Positions 8,873 through 19,226 of a stretch of 64,000 nt of DNA are shown here, piece by piece (position 1 is the first letter of the stretch; each line of letters starts with the position of its first letter). The DNA lies in the IMG/VR virus record IMGVR_UViG_3300042504_002519, positions 1 to 64,000 of that record, one strand, 5' to 3'. Made by a program: the position numbers and the translations under genes. The DNA is from a virus. A model generated the notes under the pieces. The model saw only the letters and a list, made by a program, of their open reading frames with translations, was not told where the DNA came from and ran no database searches.

Positions 8873-9760
8873 TTAAATATCCACGTAGTCCGAGCTGAAC
8901 ACCCCATTAAAATGCGCGTAGCGATCCATTGTGAACGACGGCTTCGCGTGTCCTAATTGCTGTGCAATGCTCCACCAGTCTGAGCCATGGGCGGCTGCGG
9001 TGACAGCATGGGCATGGCGCAGCCAGTGGGGGCTAGCCTGGGGCTTGCCGATCCTGGCCATGGCCACCTTCACCCATTGCCACGCGATAGGGTAGGGTAC
9101 CGGGAATATTTCGTCCTGGTCCAGCGCATCCTCTGGCCGGGCCTGAACCAGCGCGTCGTAGACCGCCTTAGAGCAGCCGATCTCTCGGGCCTTGTCGCCC
9201 TTGCCGTGGTGGATAGCCAGGAACACCCGCTGGCCGCGTAGGTGCAAGTCACACCACCGCACCGCTAGCGCCTCGCTGGCCCGAACGCCAGTAGCAAATA
9301 GGAAGCGCAGGAATAGCTTAGCCTCCAGGCTGGGTTCCTTGGCAATGGCCCGACGCATCTCGCCCTCGGTTAGGATCCGTTCCGCCATGACTGGCCGGGG
9401 CTTGCCTAGCCGGTAGACGGCGTGGGGGACATTAAATTGCAGGTAACGAATGGAGCTGCCGAACTTCCACAGCGACTTGATAGCCGCCTTGTGCAGGTTG
9501 CAGGTAGCATCGCTCCAGCGCTTCGGGAACGTGGCCTCGTAGTCGATTAGCATGGCCGCTGTGACCATGGCTAGCTGGTGGCAGTCGTGGTGGGCTAGCC
9601 AAGCCCGTAGCCGGGTGATCGCTCGACGGTAGGCTTTCTGGGTGCCAGCACTTCGGGAACGACTGATCCACATCTCGATCAGGTGGTCGTCGCTACTGGC
9701 CTGCTGCAGGGCAAGGCTAGCAGTCTGGGAGGGCTGGGAGGTGACGGTAATAGTATCCAT
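8873..9760 (-). CDS. Tyrosine recombinase/integrase
   Basis: SAM-like N-domain; TGVRASE, HGKGDK, HWLRH, LGH, RY catalytic motifs. Confidence 0.9.
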   Translation of the reverse strand: MDTITVTSQPSQTASLALQQASSDDHLIEMWISRSRSAGTQKAYRRAITRLRAWLAHHDCHQLAMVTAAMLIDYEATFPKRWSDATCNLHKAAIKSLWKFGSSIRYLQFNVPHAVYRLGKPRPVMAERILTEGEMRRAIAKEPSLEAKLFLRFLFATGVRASEALAVRWCDLHLRGQRVFLAIHHGKGDKAREIGCSKAVYDALVQARPEDALDQDEIFPVPYPIAWQWVKVAMARIGKPQASPHWLRHAHAVTAAAHGSDWWSIAQQLGHAKPSFTMDRYAHFNGVFSSDYVDI

Positions 9761-9764
9761 GGCT

Positions 9765-10457
9765 TCAGGGTGCCCAGTACCCTTGTTCCCCATGCTCGAA
9801 ACGAGCACTTCTAGCGGCGGTGAAAGCCTGGAGCAGTGGGCCAGCAAGAGGATCTATGTCGATATTGACTGAGGCAGAATCTACTATGTCTGATCCCGCA
9901 TGGCTTTTTAAGTCATACACTCCCGGCCAACATTCGTGACATAGCCAAAAATTTTCGTTTTCAAGCATTCCAATCATCCACCCTCTATGCCGCCAAGTAG
10001 GATAAACACTTTCTTCTTTGCAGTTAAATTGTGGAGGAGTATGCAGAAAAGCGCTTATATCATACTTGACGCGATCTGGGTTTAATCTGTATCCATTCAG
10101 CCTGTAAACGCAATTCTCATCTTCGGTGAAGTCTATCCAGGGCTGGCTCTGGATAAGCAATACCTTTTGACGGGAAACTTCTGCTAGTCTATTGCAAAGA
10201 ACCCACGCAGAATCGCCATTCTGCTTTGATTCGCCATTGCTATTAAACGTCGGGGACGCGACTAGCTTGGGCTTTATTTCTACCCATGCCTGCCAATCCT
10301 CGATCCAAAAGTCTGGAAGATACCAGTCCCCATCAAGGTTGAACCCTTCGGGCTCATAGGTCCAGTTCAGCCCCAGGGCATCAAAAAACACAGCCCACCG
10401 AGCCTCTAGCCTGGAGCGGAACCGGTAGCCACGGAACTCGGTTGTTATTGCTTGCAT
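9765..10457 (-). CDS. Phage PD-(D/E)xK-type putative nuclease
   Basis: FRSRLEARWAVFFD, YLPDFW, VEIKP. Confidence 0.7.
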   Translation of the reverse strand: MQAITTEFRGYRFRSRLEARWAVFFDALGLNWTYEPEGFNLDGDWYLPDFWIEDWQAWVEIKPKLVASPTFNSNGESKQNGDSAWVLCNRLAEVSRQKVLLIQSQPWIDFTEDENCVYRLNGYRLNPDRVKYDISAFLHTPPQFNCKEESVYPTWRHRGWMIGMLENENFWLCHECWPGVYDLKSHAGSDIVDSASVNIDIDPLAGPLLQAFTAARSARFEHGEQGYWAP

Positions 10458-10539
10458 AGCTTTATGGTTCTCCGTTGTGCAGTCTTGTATCCGGGCGGAC
10501 CGCCCATGGTGATCGCACCACCACAGGCTTGCTACTGGC

Positions 10540-10932
10540 CTAGAGGCCTTTTTCCTGAGCGACCTGGATGGCCCGGGCCTTGAGCATGGCTATCAAGGAC
10601 AGGCTAGTGGTGGCTACCTCGTTGGGGTCGATGCCATCCAGCACCGCCGTTAGGTAGGGTGCTCCCAAGCGTAGGCCAACGGCGATCTGGGGGCTGTCCT
10701 GGGCCATATCTTGCAACAGGCTGATCAGGTATCCCTTGAGCATCCGTCCCTTGAGGCCCAGGCCATCGAATTTGGCAGAGGCCACATCCACTAGGCTGTT
10801 GACCGCACCGCTGACGCCTGCCGCTGTGCGACTGCTGGCGATGGCGCCCCGCACCCCCTCAGTCAGGGTGGCCTTAAATTCATCGGTACTAACGGCGGTC
10901 TTTAGCAGACCAACCAGGAAAGTTTTGAACAT
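10540..10932 (-). CDS. Hypothetical protein
   Basis: 130-aa ORF with normal composition. Confidence 0.55.
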   Translation of the reverse strand: MFKTFLVGLLKTAVSTDEFKATLTEGVRGAIASSRTAAGVSGAVNSLVDVASAKFDGLGLKGRMLKGYLISLLQDMAQDSPQIAVGLRLGAPYLTAVLDGIDPNEVATTSLSLIAMLKARAIQVAQEKGL

Positions 10933-11085
10933 TTGGATCCCTTGGAAAGCAACAATTGGAAAGCAACTCTGAAACCCAACTTACAGCCGGGTGCTACCAT
11001 GCTAGCATGGCCATACTGGATCCGACTTGACAAGTTAGCCAGTATAGTATAGGGGAACACTGACTATATCGGCTGGTGGGGTGGC

Positions 11086-11676
11086 ATGAGCCGGGAAATA
11101 CGGATCCAAACACAGGAACTATTTGCGCGGCTTAGAACCCAACTAAAAGCCGCCGACTATAGGCGTACCCGTGACACCCTGATCCTGATCAACCTGGGCC
11201 TGGTGGAGAAGATCGCTGGCCGCTATGCCCAGGACGGTGTGGAAGTATTCGATGATTTGGTGCAGGTCGGGGTGATCGGCTTGATCAAGGCGGTGGATCG
11301 CTACAACCCAGCTAAGGGAACTGCCTTTAGCAGCTATGCTGTGCCCTATATCCGGGGTGAGATATTGCACCATCGCCGGGACCGGGCCGGGGCACTCAAG
11401 ATACCTCGTAGCTGGTCGGATCAATTTACCCTGCTGCGCCAGCTCTACGATGAACGGGCCAGCCATGCCGCCATGGCCAGCGCTACCCGGATCCCGATAG
11501 ACCAGATCCCGCAGGCCCTCAATGCCTTGCTACGGCCAGACTGCCTAAGCCTGGATGCACCGCTAGCGGCTGGCTTAACCGACTGCTGGGAGCTACCCGA
11601 TAGCAGGCCACCACCAGAGCCAGACTGGGAACCAGAACCAGTGTACGAGGTGAGCTGCTGGGGGCTGGCACAATAA
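11086..11676 (+). CDS. Phage SigB/SigF/SigG-family RNA polymerase sigma factor (region 4 apparently absent)
   Basis: NLGLVEKIA, DDLVQVGVIGLIKAVDRYNP.KG.AFSSYAVPYIRGEILHH.RD. Confidence 0.9.
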   Translation: MSREIRIQTQELFARLRTQLKAADYRRTRDTLILINLGLVEKIAGRYAQDGVEVFDDLVQVGVIGLIKAVDRYNPAKGTAFSSYAVPYIRGEILHHRRDRAGALKIPRSWSDQFTLLRQLYDERASHAAMASATRIPIDQIPQALNALLRPDCLSLDAPLAAGLTDCWELPDSRPPPEPDWEPEPVYEVSCWGLAQ

Positions 11677-11721
11677 AAAACCCGCCAGGTGGCGGGGTGG
11701 ATCCGGGTAGTCCCGGGGTGA

Positions 11722-11928
11722 CTAGAAGTCGCTAGAAGTTAGGTAATCGTCCTTAATCAGTGGCGCGATTGCGGCCTCTGCCGCCGCCTCGGTGGGGTAA
11801 GTGATCCATAAGTTGGCGTCCCGCTCGCCGAAAAGTGTCTGACAGTCCTCCCATTCGCCGGTTGTTGGCGATACACCAAAAACTCGATAACCGTTGTCTC
11901 GGGGGAACACGCTATAGCGAACAATCAC
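11722..11928 (-). CDS. Hypothetical protein
   Basis: AAGGAG RBS upstream, terminator at about 11675-11697. Confidence 0.55.
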   Translation of the reverse strand: MIVRYSVFPRDNGYRVFGVSPTTGEWEDCQTLFGERDANLWITYPTEAAAEAAIAPLIKDDYLTSSDF

Positions 11929-12009
11929 GGTGGTTACTCCTTAAGTAGGGTGGGTAGGTGCCCTGGGTGGCAGTCCCCAGGGCGGGGTGGTGGGGTAAAT
12001 GGCCAGGGC

Positions 12010-12171
12010 CTAGAGGTCGGCCAGGGTAATGTCCTGGACGGGCTGGGCCTGGATGCTGTCCCAGGCCTCGGGGCCGAAGCCAAAGACTGCCAGGCTGGCC
12101 TGGAGCATGGCCTCGCTGGCCTCCAAGCTGGCCAGGGTAAGGGTGGTGGGGGTGGTGGTGAAGGTGGACAT
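12010..12171 (-). CDS. Small early protein (53 aa, MSTFTTTPTT...; not in ORF track)
   Basis: Translated by hand; lies directly downstream of promoter 12201-12230. Confidence 0.55.
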   Translation of the reverse strand: MSTFTTTPTTLTLASLEASEAMLQASLAVFGFGPEAWDSIQAQPVQDITLADL

Positions 12172-12365
12172 GGGATGTAGTGGTGGTTGACAACAATTTC
12201 AATATACAGGGGGTATATAGGGCTTGTCAATATACCTCAGGTAAATTAGTGGCACAACTACTGGCACAGGCAAAGAATTGATCGGAATGATCAATAACTC
12301 GATCAATAACTGGCAGTAAAAAAACCCCAGCTCATGCCGGGGTAGTTCGTCCTTAAACGTGCCCG

Positions 12366-12388
12366 AAGGCACCCCCACGGTGGTGGGG
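12366..12388 (-). CRISPR. Solitary repeat unit at the 3' end of the leftward replication operon
   Basis: CCCCACCACCGTGGGGGTGCCTT, 11 nt after a stop and upstream of the terminator at about 12317-12342. Confidence 0.6.
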
Positions 12389-12399
12389 TAGCTAGCTAG

Positions 12400-12591
12400 C
12401 TAGAACGGCGGCCCAATACAGTCCAGGTCGTCGGGATCGTCCATGTTCAGGCTGAACAGTCCGCCAGCTTCGTTTGGCTGCACCATAACTGTGCTGCCTA
12501 CTACAGTCTTGACGGTAGCTGCTACCCAGGGCTGGCTCTTGGCTGGGCGGAACATTACGGAGTAGCCGGGGCGTAGGGATAGTCTGCTCAT
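12400..12591 (-). CDS. Hypothetical protein
   Basis: Coupled to ssb stop. Confidence 0.6.
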   Translation of the reverse strand: MSRLSLRPGYSVMFRPAKSQPWVAATVKTVVGSTVMVQPNEAGGLFSLNMDDPDDLDCIGPPF

Positions 12592-13016
12592 TAGAATGGA
12601 ATGTCCTCGTAGGTGGGCTGGCTGGGCTGATCAGGCTGGTCCTGGGGGCGCTCGGTTGATACGGCTGCAGTCGGGGAGTTCCTGACGACTTTGGCCATCT
12701 TCCAGGCCTTGACGATCAGCTTGGAGCGTCGCTTGCCGGTTTCCCGGTCTTGCCAGCTTTCCTCGTCGATCTGGCCTTCGGTGATGGCTACCCGGTCACC
12801 CTTGAGCAGGTTGTCGCCTGCCCATTCAGCGGCACGGCCAAAGCACTTGACGGTGATCCAGGCGGAACGGGCCTCGCCATTCTGGTCTTTGCCGGCGTAG
12901 ACAGCGATCCGCATCTCGCAGATCTTGCCTCCGGTGCTGGTAAACCGTAGTTCGGGGTCGGCGCCAAGGTTGCCGACACATTGGACTGAGTTGTAGGCGT
13001 AGGGTTCTGCAGGCAT
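12591..13016 (-). CDS. ssb: Single-stranded DNA-binding protein
   Basis: GNLGADPELRFT, WQDRETG..RSK, acidic C-terminus EDIPF. Confidence 0.95.
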   Translation of the reverse strand: MPAEPYAYNSVQCVGNLGADPELRFTSTGGKICEMRIAVYAGKDQNGEARSAWITVKCFGRAAEWAGDNLLKGDRVAITEGQIDEESWQDRETGKRRSKLIVKAWKMAKVVRNSPTAAVSTERPQDQPDQPSQPTYEDIPF

Positions 13017-13044
13017 GGTCTTGTCTCCTCTGTAAGTGTGTGGT

Positions 13045-14178
13045 CTATGCTTGTTCCCTGATCTGTACTGGCATCACCAGGTACACTTGGCCGCTGCCGG
13101 GGGCGGTGATCGTGGCTGGGCTGGTGGGGGTATTGGTGTGCAGGATCACCTGTTCACTGCCAAAGGCCCGCAAGCCATCCAGCAGGTAGTCGCCGTTGAA
13201 CGCCATGGGATTCTTGGCTTTGCCTAGCACATCCTCGCCCTGGCCATCGCTAGCCTCGCAGCCAACCAGCTCCCGTCCGCTACTGCCCTCCACGTCAGCC
13301 TCCAGCACTAGCTGGCCCTGGTCATCCCAGCGGTGCCTGATGATGCTGTTTTTCTGGCTGGCCACCACCATGATCCGGCTTAAGGCCTCGATCCAGGCCT
13401 GCCGGTTGATCAGGGTCTCCACCGCAAAGGCCTGGGGGATAAGCCGGCGATACTCTGGATACTGGCCCTCCAGCAGCCGGGTGGTAAATACCAGATCGCC
13501 CAGGTCAAAAGTGGCAATGATATTGTCCAGCGTTATCGTTACCATGCCTTCAGCCTTGGCCAGGTGCTTCCCCAGGGCCTCCAGGCCTTTGCTAGGCAAT
13601 GTGACAGGGGTAAAGGCTTCAACGCCCTCCTGGGCCACGGGAAACACGCTGAGGCGATGGCCATCGGTGGAAGCAACTTCCAGGCCATCGGCAGCGGGCT
13701 GCAGGTGAATGCCACAAAGGATCTGCTTACTCTCGTCATCGCTAGCGGTGACTAGCGTGGACTCTAGGGCCCTGGCCAAGGTGCTAGCCTCCAGGGTAAG
13801 CTGCTGGCCTTCTGCCCGTTCAATGAGTGGGTAGTCCTCCCCGGGCTGGCCGGATAGGCTGTAGCTGCCGCCTAGGGTGTTGATGGTGGCCTGGCTGGTT
13901 TCTGGATCCCAGTTAAGCGCTAGGTTTCCCTGCATCCGGCCCACCATATCGGTGAGTAGCTTGGCAGGTAGCAGGATCTCGCCCTGCACGGCAATGCTGG
14001 CGCTGGCCTTGGCGGTAATGGTCACCGCCCCCAGATCACTGCCCGTCACCGCCAGGGTGTCTCCCTCAGCTTTGAGTAGCAGGTTTGTCAGTACAGGGTT
14101 GCTGGGTCTGCTGGGTACCGCCCGGTTGGGCAGACCCAGGACAGCGGCTAGGTCTTTGGCGTCAATTGTCAGTTGCAT
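13045..14178 (-). CDS. dnaN: DNA polymerase III beta sliding clamp
   Basis: AVPSRPSNPVL, STDGHRL, RLLEGQYPEY, FNGDYLLD, YLVMPV. Confidence 0.95.
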   Translation of the reverse strand: MQLTIDAKDLAAVLGLPNRAVPSRPSNPVLTNLLLKAEGDTLAVTGSDLGAVTITAKASASIAVQGEILLPAKLLTDMVGRMQGNLALNWDPETSQATINTLGGSYSLSGQPGEDYPLIERAEGQQLTLEASTLARALESTLVTASDDESKQILCGIHLQPAADGLEVASTDGHRLSVFPVAQEGVEAFTPVTLPSKGLEALGKHLAKAEGMVTITLDNIIATFDLGDLVFTTRLLEGQYPEYRRLIPQAFAVETLINRQAWIEALSRIMVVASQKNSIIRHRWDDQGQLVLEADVEGSSGRELVGCEASDGQGEDVLGKAKNPMAFNGDYLLDGLRAFGSEQVILHTNTPTSPATITAPGSGQVYLVMPVQIREQA

Positions 14179-14758
14179 CTGTATTTCTCCAGTTAGTACA
14201 AAATTCGATATCTGTTCCCAAGTTGCCGCCGAAGCGGTGCCAGATGAACCAGGCCGTTGTCACCGAGTCACTGCCGCTGGTGTCCGCCCGGAACCGTGGC
14301 CGGGGGTTAAAGACGATCAGCTTGGCCGGTGGGTGTTCTGCCAGCCAGCGGGCCCGGTTGTCGCAGGGCTCCAGGTAACTGAGCCTCAGTAACATGGCCA
14401 TGCCTACCCGGCAGTTGTCGTAGGCCAGGGGCAGGATCGCCGGGGCCTGGCTGTAGGGTGGGTTGCTGATCACCCAGTCGTAGCGGGCCATGCGGGCCCA
14501 GGCGCCAGGATCGGCGGCATCCATGGTGAGTGCAGCGGGCTTGGTTTCGTCAATGTCGGCGGTATCCACCAGACGAAACAGGCCAGACTCCTTCAGTACA
14601 TCGCTGATCGCCCCCTCGCCATTGCAGGGTTCCAGGACGGTGGCCTTGTTGCGCCAGGGGACAAAGCGATGGCTATTCAGCAGTGCCCAGGTGAGCAGGC
14701 TGGGGGTGGGGTAAAAGTCGAGGGGCTGGCGGGCAAGGTGCTCAGTTTGAGTGTTCAT
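14162..14758 (-). CDS. DNA N6-adenine methyltransferase
   Basis: DFYPTP, LEPCNGEGAI, NPPY. Confidence 0.85.
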   Translation of the reverse strand: MNTQTEHLARQPLDFYPTPSLLTWALLNSHRFVPWRNKATVLEPCNGEGAISDVLKESGLFRLVDTADIDETKPAALTMDAADPGAWARMARYDWVISNPPYSQAPAILPLAYDNCRVGMAMLLRLSYLEPCDNRARWLAEHPPAKLIVFNPRPRFRADTSGSDSVTTAWFIWHRFGGNLGTDIEFCTNWRNTDATDN

Positions 14759-14811
14759 GGCTCTCTTTGTAAGTGGGTGGTGTTTTGTCAGTGGCTTAGA
14801 GTTGGGTTCTA

Positions 14812-15738
14812 TTAAGCCACGTCGAAGAGGCTTTGCTGCGCCACGTCCTCGCACTGAGCAAGGTTCTTGGTGGATGCCCGGTAATAGCTTTCTTTCAGCT
14901 CGATGCCCACATAACGCCGTCCCATCTTTAGTGCCACATGGCCGCTGCTGCCAATGCCGTTGAAGGGATCTAGGACGGTATCGCATGGGTTGGTCCATAG
15001 CTGGATGGCCCGCTCGATAACCTGCAGCTGCAGCGGGCAGATGTGCCGCTCATCGTTATTGTCTCGAGCGCTTTGGTACTGGAGTGTGTCAGATGGGTTG
15101 ATGTCTGCCCACACAGGGCTAGCGTATTGCTGCCAGATGTTTACCGAGTCCCTATCTTTTTGGCCGGTACGGGCAGGAGGATTGTCGCCCACATAGTCTA
15201 CCAGCGGCCCATCAACGGGCTCAGGGTTGTCGCCTGGCTTGCGCATCACCACAAGGTAATCAGGGATGCCCTGGCGGCTAAGGGCGCTGTCTTTCTTAAG
15301 TTGCTTGTGCAGCAGCCCGAGCGCCTTAGTCCGTTGCATTGCCATTACAGGGTCCTTCCAGATGACAACCTCAGAGTGGTAGATAAACCCCTCTGACTGG
15401 AAGGACCGGATGAGATCACCACGGAAGTCCCTGATCCCGATGTAGCCATCCCTGGCTTTGCTGGTGGGTAGGTTCATGCAGTGGAACGCCACTAGTCGCC
15501 CTGGCATCAAGGTGCGGTATAGCTCTTTAATCAAGAACTGGAAATGCTCAGCGAAGTCTTGATCATCTTTGCAGTTGCCCATATCCCGATCTGAGTTGGA
15601 GTAGGTATACAAACTGGCGAATGGCGGGCTAAACACTGAGAAATGGATCGAGTTGTCGGGGATGCCTTTGGCGACTTCAACGCAGTCACCGTGGTAAAGC
15701 ATGTAGTTGGTGCCTTGTTGCTGGTTTAGAATTTTCAT
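14812..15738 (-). CDS. N4/N6 DNA methyltransferase (beta class)
   Basis: GDC, SPPF, HICP, LDPFNGIGS, GIELK. Confidence 0.88.
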   Translation of the reverse strand: MKILNQQQGTNYMLYHGDCVEVAKGIPDNSIHFSVFSPPFASLYTYSNSDRDMGNCKDDQDFAEHFQFLIKELYRTLMPGRLVAFHCMNLPTSKARDGYIGIRDFRGDLIRSFQSEGFIYHSEVVIWKDPVMAMQRTKALGLLHKQLKKDSALSRQGIPDYLVVMRKPGDNPEPVDGPLVDYVGDNPPARTGQKDRDSVNIWQQYASPVWADINPSDTLQYQSARDNNDERHICPLQLQVIERAIQLWTNPCDTVLDPFNGIGSSGHVALKMGRRYVGIELKESYYRASTKNLAQCEDVAQQSLFDVA

Positions 15739-15746
15739 GGGTTCTC

Positions 15747-17144
15747 CTAGGCGCATTGTGGGTACTTCAGCCAGTCTGGAATGAACATATCTACGGATGG
15801 CTGATAGCCCGTAGATGTTCGAGTAGTCCTGCCCAATAGCCGCATTGATTCATCCCTCATCAGTGCGGCCATGGCGTCTGCCATTTGTCGTGCTGCGTCA
15901 TCCTTACGCCGAATGTTAGCGATGACGGCCCCTTCCCTTTGCTCGTAAACAATGTGAACATTGACCGAGTTATTCTGGCCAAATCGCCAGCATCGCCTAA
16001 CGGCTTGGTAGTAGGCCTCATAGCTGTGGGACATGCCCACAAAAATAATATTGCTGCAATTCTGCCAGTTCATCCCAAAGCCAGCAATTGACGGCTTGGT
16101 GACCAGGGATTTGATGGTGCCAGACTGGAACCCGATCATCGAGATGGTCTTATGGTCGTCGCTGTCGGATCCCTTGATTTCTACAGCCCCAGGGATCATC
16201 TTGCTGAGCATTTCAGATTCATCGTTCAGGTCGCACCATATCAACCACTGATCGTCTGGTGCTTGCTGGACTATCTCTAGGGCCTTGGCGCATCTATCCT
16301 CTAGCGACTCGCGCCGGATGTGCCGCTGGTCGCTCAGCGTATCTGCTGAATGCCAAAACAACAGCCCTTCGGGGGGCTGAATGTTAGACTCGACAGGATG
16401 ATCGTGGATCACCAAGTCAGGCAGGTTAAAGCCATCATCGGCAAAGTCAAGATCCGATGGCTTGCGAATCATCACAGCCCAACTGCAGACCCACCGCCAA
16501 AAGTCATCAACGGCATGGCCCTTGATCCGCCAGTCCGATGTTCTACCGCCGTCATGGGTGAAGAACATGGCTAGCATTTCTTCTCGTGTCATGGCCCCTA
16601 CAAACTCAGCATGGTTGCCAAGCTCCATGTAGTCATTGGGGGCAGGAGTCGCCGAACAGGCCAGCTTAAACGGAGTGCTGGCAAATGACTCAATGATCTG
16701 AGTTCGGTATTTGCCGGTGTAGCTCTTGAGGATTGAGCTTTCATCCAGCACGATGCCAGAAAACGAGTCAGCATCGAACCGATCAAGCTTTTGATAGTTG
16801 GTGATGTTGATGCCATTGGTGACATCATCCTGGGACTGACACTGAGTCACTTCTATGTCAAATTTTGCACCTTCTCTAACTGTCTGCGTAGAGACAGCCA
16901 GCGGGGCCAGGACCAGGACAGGTGCCCCAGTGTGCTTGTGAACCTGATCGGCCCAGGCCAACTGCTGCAGGGTTTTGCCTAGGCCACAGTCAGCCCAGAT
17001 GCAAAACCGGCCCTGGATAAGGGCTCGATGGACAATTGCTCGCTGATACGGAAAGAGATGGCGGTTTAGCCCGCCAGGGTCACAGTCGATGCCGTTGGCA
17101 TCGATCCATTTCCGCTTGTTGTTGATAAAGTCGTGGTAGCTCAT
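15747..17144 (-). CDS. SNF2-like SF2 helicase
   Basis: DCGLGKT, DESS, SATP, GFGMNWQ, QAVRRCWRFGQ. Confidence 0.9.
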   Translation of the reverse strand: MSYHDFINNKRKWIDANGIDCDPGGLNRHLFPYQRAIVHRALIQGRFCIWADCGLGKTLQQLAWADQVHKHTGAPVLVLAPLAVSTQTVREGAKFDIEVTQCQSQDDVTNGINITNYQKLDRFDADSFSGIVLDESSILKSYTGKYRTQIIESFASTPFKLACSATPAPNDYMELGNHAEFVGAMTREEMLAMFFTHDGGRTSDWRIKGHAVDDFWRWVCSWAVMIRKPSDLDFADDGFNLPDLVIHDHPVESNIQPPEGLLFWHSADTLSDQRHIRRESLEDRCAKALEIVQQAPDDQWLIWCDLNDESEMLSKMIPGAVEIKGSDSDDHKTISMIGFQSGTIKSLVTKPSIAGFGMNWQNCSNIIFVGMSHSYEAYYQAVRRCWRFGQNNSVNVHIVYEQREGAVIANIRRKDDAARQMADAMAALMRDESMRLLGRTTRTSTGYQPSVDMFIPDWLKYPQCA

Positions 17145-17281
17145 GGCTCTTTGTAAGTGGTTGGCGGCTTATGGTTGGGTTCCAATAGACAGCTTATCCC
17201 CAGAGTGACACCCTGTCAATATACTGGGAGTAGATCGGGCAGGGATGCTACGCTATGATCAATTGGCTTAGAGTTGGGTTC

Positions 17282-17980
17282 CTATTCAAAAACCCGTTTT
17301 ACTTTCCTGGCTGCGTCGCCGCAGGCTTCTTGGCATTGGTCATTACCCCATCGATTTTCTTCGTTGATCGACTTCCTGGCTACCGCTTCAGCTAGGCTGA
17401 TGGCCGCTAGCTCCACATCATCGAGCCCGTCCCTGGTATGCACCACGCCCTGGGCTTGCCGGATCTGCTTGGCCGGGGCACCCAGGATCGGCACGTTGAT
17501 AGCGTCAGTACATTTGGCATAGCCAATGCCTTCAACACCGTGTTCCTTGAGGGTATCGGTGAAGTGTCGGCGGTTCAGCTTGCCGTCTAGCCTAGCCTTG
17601 ATCCAGTTGTCGGATCGGCCCTGGCGCTTGTACTTGCTGACGGCATGGGTCAGGGCCTTGTCGGGATCGGCAAGAATGCCAGCGGCCCAGGCCCGGAACT
17701 CCGCACCACGCTGGCCAGGGCATAGCATCAGGATCTGGTAGATGCCCTCTTCAGTGGCTACCGGGGTGTCTCGCTGCCCTCGGCCTGGGAATTTGAAGTT
17801 AACGCAGAAACCGTTAACCTCAGAGTGCTTGTCCTGTATGCGTTTTAGGGTTTCTCGTGTGTGGCTTTTATCAGCCACCCCGAACGCCACCAGTACATCG
17901 TAAACACTGAACCGTCGATCTTCAGTACTGCGGATGGTGGATCCGCTGCAATCGAACTCAAAGACTGTTAAGTTGTTCAT
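17282..17980 (-). CDS. Bro-N/antirepressor-like DNA-binding protein
   Basis: FSVYDVL..FKFPGRGQRDTPVATEEGIYQIL..AEFRAWAA. Confidence 0.7.
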   Translation of the reverse strand: MNNLTVFEFDCSGSTIRSTEDRRFSVYDVLVAFGVADKSHTRETLKRIQDKHSEVNGFCVNFKFPGRGQRDTPVATEEGIYQILMLCPGQRGAEFRAWAAGILADPDKALTHAVSKYKRQGRSDNWIKARLDGKLNRRHFTDTLKEHGVEGIGYAKCTDAINVPILGAPAKQIRQAQGVVHTRDGLDDVELAAISLAEAVARKSINEENRWGNDQCQEACGDAARKVKRVFE

Positions 17981-18047
17981 GGCTTTCCTTGTAAGCAAAT
18001 GGTTTCTCGCTTAGAGCTGGGTTCTTAGTCTTGCAGGACCAGTCCTA

Positions 18048-18644
18048 CTAGATCAGGTCGCGGATCTGCCGTATCACGGATCCAATGTTGAAGTCTGCTT
18101 GGTACGGATCGAACCGAACAAAGGAGCAAGCTAACGCCGACTTGATAGCCTTTTGCCTTTGATGCTCTTTGCGGCTGTCGTAAGCTGTATGCCCGTTTTC
18201 GTCGCATTCGACAGCGATCCTGGCTTCAGCAAGATAGAGATCGATACGGTAGCCAGCGCAGTAGAACTGGCGAATTGGGTTTTGGTCGGAGAAAGCTTCC
18301 GCAATGACTTTGATGGTTTGGACTTCAGCCCGGGGGTAAAATTTATCGCTTGTGATTTCTGCCTGCCAAGGAGCCGCTTTGCACATTTCAAGGATTCTGC
18401 GAATTGTGGCCTCATCTGCTACCGGAGTAGGCCGTTGCCCGCGCCCAGGAAATTGGTGACGTAAAACTGTGGCGGCGAGTTCGGGATGCTTGTCAATCAG
18501 GCGTTTATAGATGTTGCAGGCGTTAGCTGATTTATCGACCACCCCGAACGTTACCAGTACGTCGTAAACGCTGAACCGTCGATCCTTGGTGCTGCGAATG
18601 GTTGATTTGTTGTAGTCATCCCCAAAAATTGTTAGGTCGTCCAT
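18048..18644 (-). CDS. Bro-N-like domain fused to a DUF559/Vsr-like endonuclease
   Basis: Same N-domain as the neighbouring gene; QF..YRIDLY..IAVECDENGH. Confidence 0.75.
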   Translation of the reverse strand: MDDLTIFGDDYNKSTIRSTKDRRFSVYDVLVTFGVVDKSANACNIYKRLIDKHPELAATVLRHQFPGRGQRPTPVADEATIRRILEMCKAAPWQAEITSDKFYPRAEVQTIKVIAEAFSDQNPIRQFYCAGYRIDLYLAEARIAVECDENGHTAYDSRKEHQRQKAIKSALACSFVRFDPYQADFNIGSVIRQIRDLI

Positions 18645-18744
18645 GGCTCTCTTTGTAAGTGGTTGGCGTGTGGTTGATAGCCAGCGGCTTTTAGTTGGGT
18701 TTTAAGGCAAAAACACAAACTTTTAGCCCTGGCCAGTGGAAGGC

Positions 18745-18984
18745 TTAGCGGGAATTGCGCCAGGCCCGCTCGACTTTGGTCAGCGTGGCCAAGTCTGTTT
18801 TGAGCACTGTGACTAACTTTGCCATATCTGCTGGTGTCATTCTGGGAACAGACAGTCCTTGCTCCCATTTTTGGACAGTGGACACGCTAACACCTAATTG
18901 TTGTGCTAGCTCCTCCTGGGTTAGTCCGGAGGCGACTCGTAATGTTTTCATGTTTATCTCCGGTAGAGTCATCCCTATTATCAC
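18745..18984 (-). CDS. XRE-family HTH regulator (Cro/CI-like)
   Basis: LRVASGLTQEELAQQLGVSVSTVQKWEQG. Confidence 0.9.
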   Translation of the reverse strand: MIIGMTLPEINMKTLRVASGLTQEELAQQLGVSVSTVQKWEQGLSVPRMTPADMAKLVTVLKTDLATLTKVERAWRNSR

Positions 18985-19226
18985 CTAGATCCTAGGAATA
19001 GACTAACACGATCCCTTATAGGGAACGGCGAAACTCATAAGGGAAACCTATCAAGAGGATACTAGGAACTACTTGACAGATACCAAGCCCAGGCCCTACT
19101 ATTGAAATATCGACAGCAACCCACAGCCGCTAGCTAATAGCCGGGTTCTGTCAGTCCAGAGAAAAGGGGTCCGTCGCGCCAACGACTCGCCCCTTCGTTA
19201 AATCCACTTACAAAGGATCTTCCCTA

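Noticed and set aside
11912-12230. Pro/His-rich ORFs 11912..12202, 11934..12230 and 11950..12180
   Set aside because: Shadow frames of the more plausible 12010..12171 gene and its promoter
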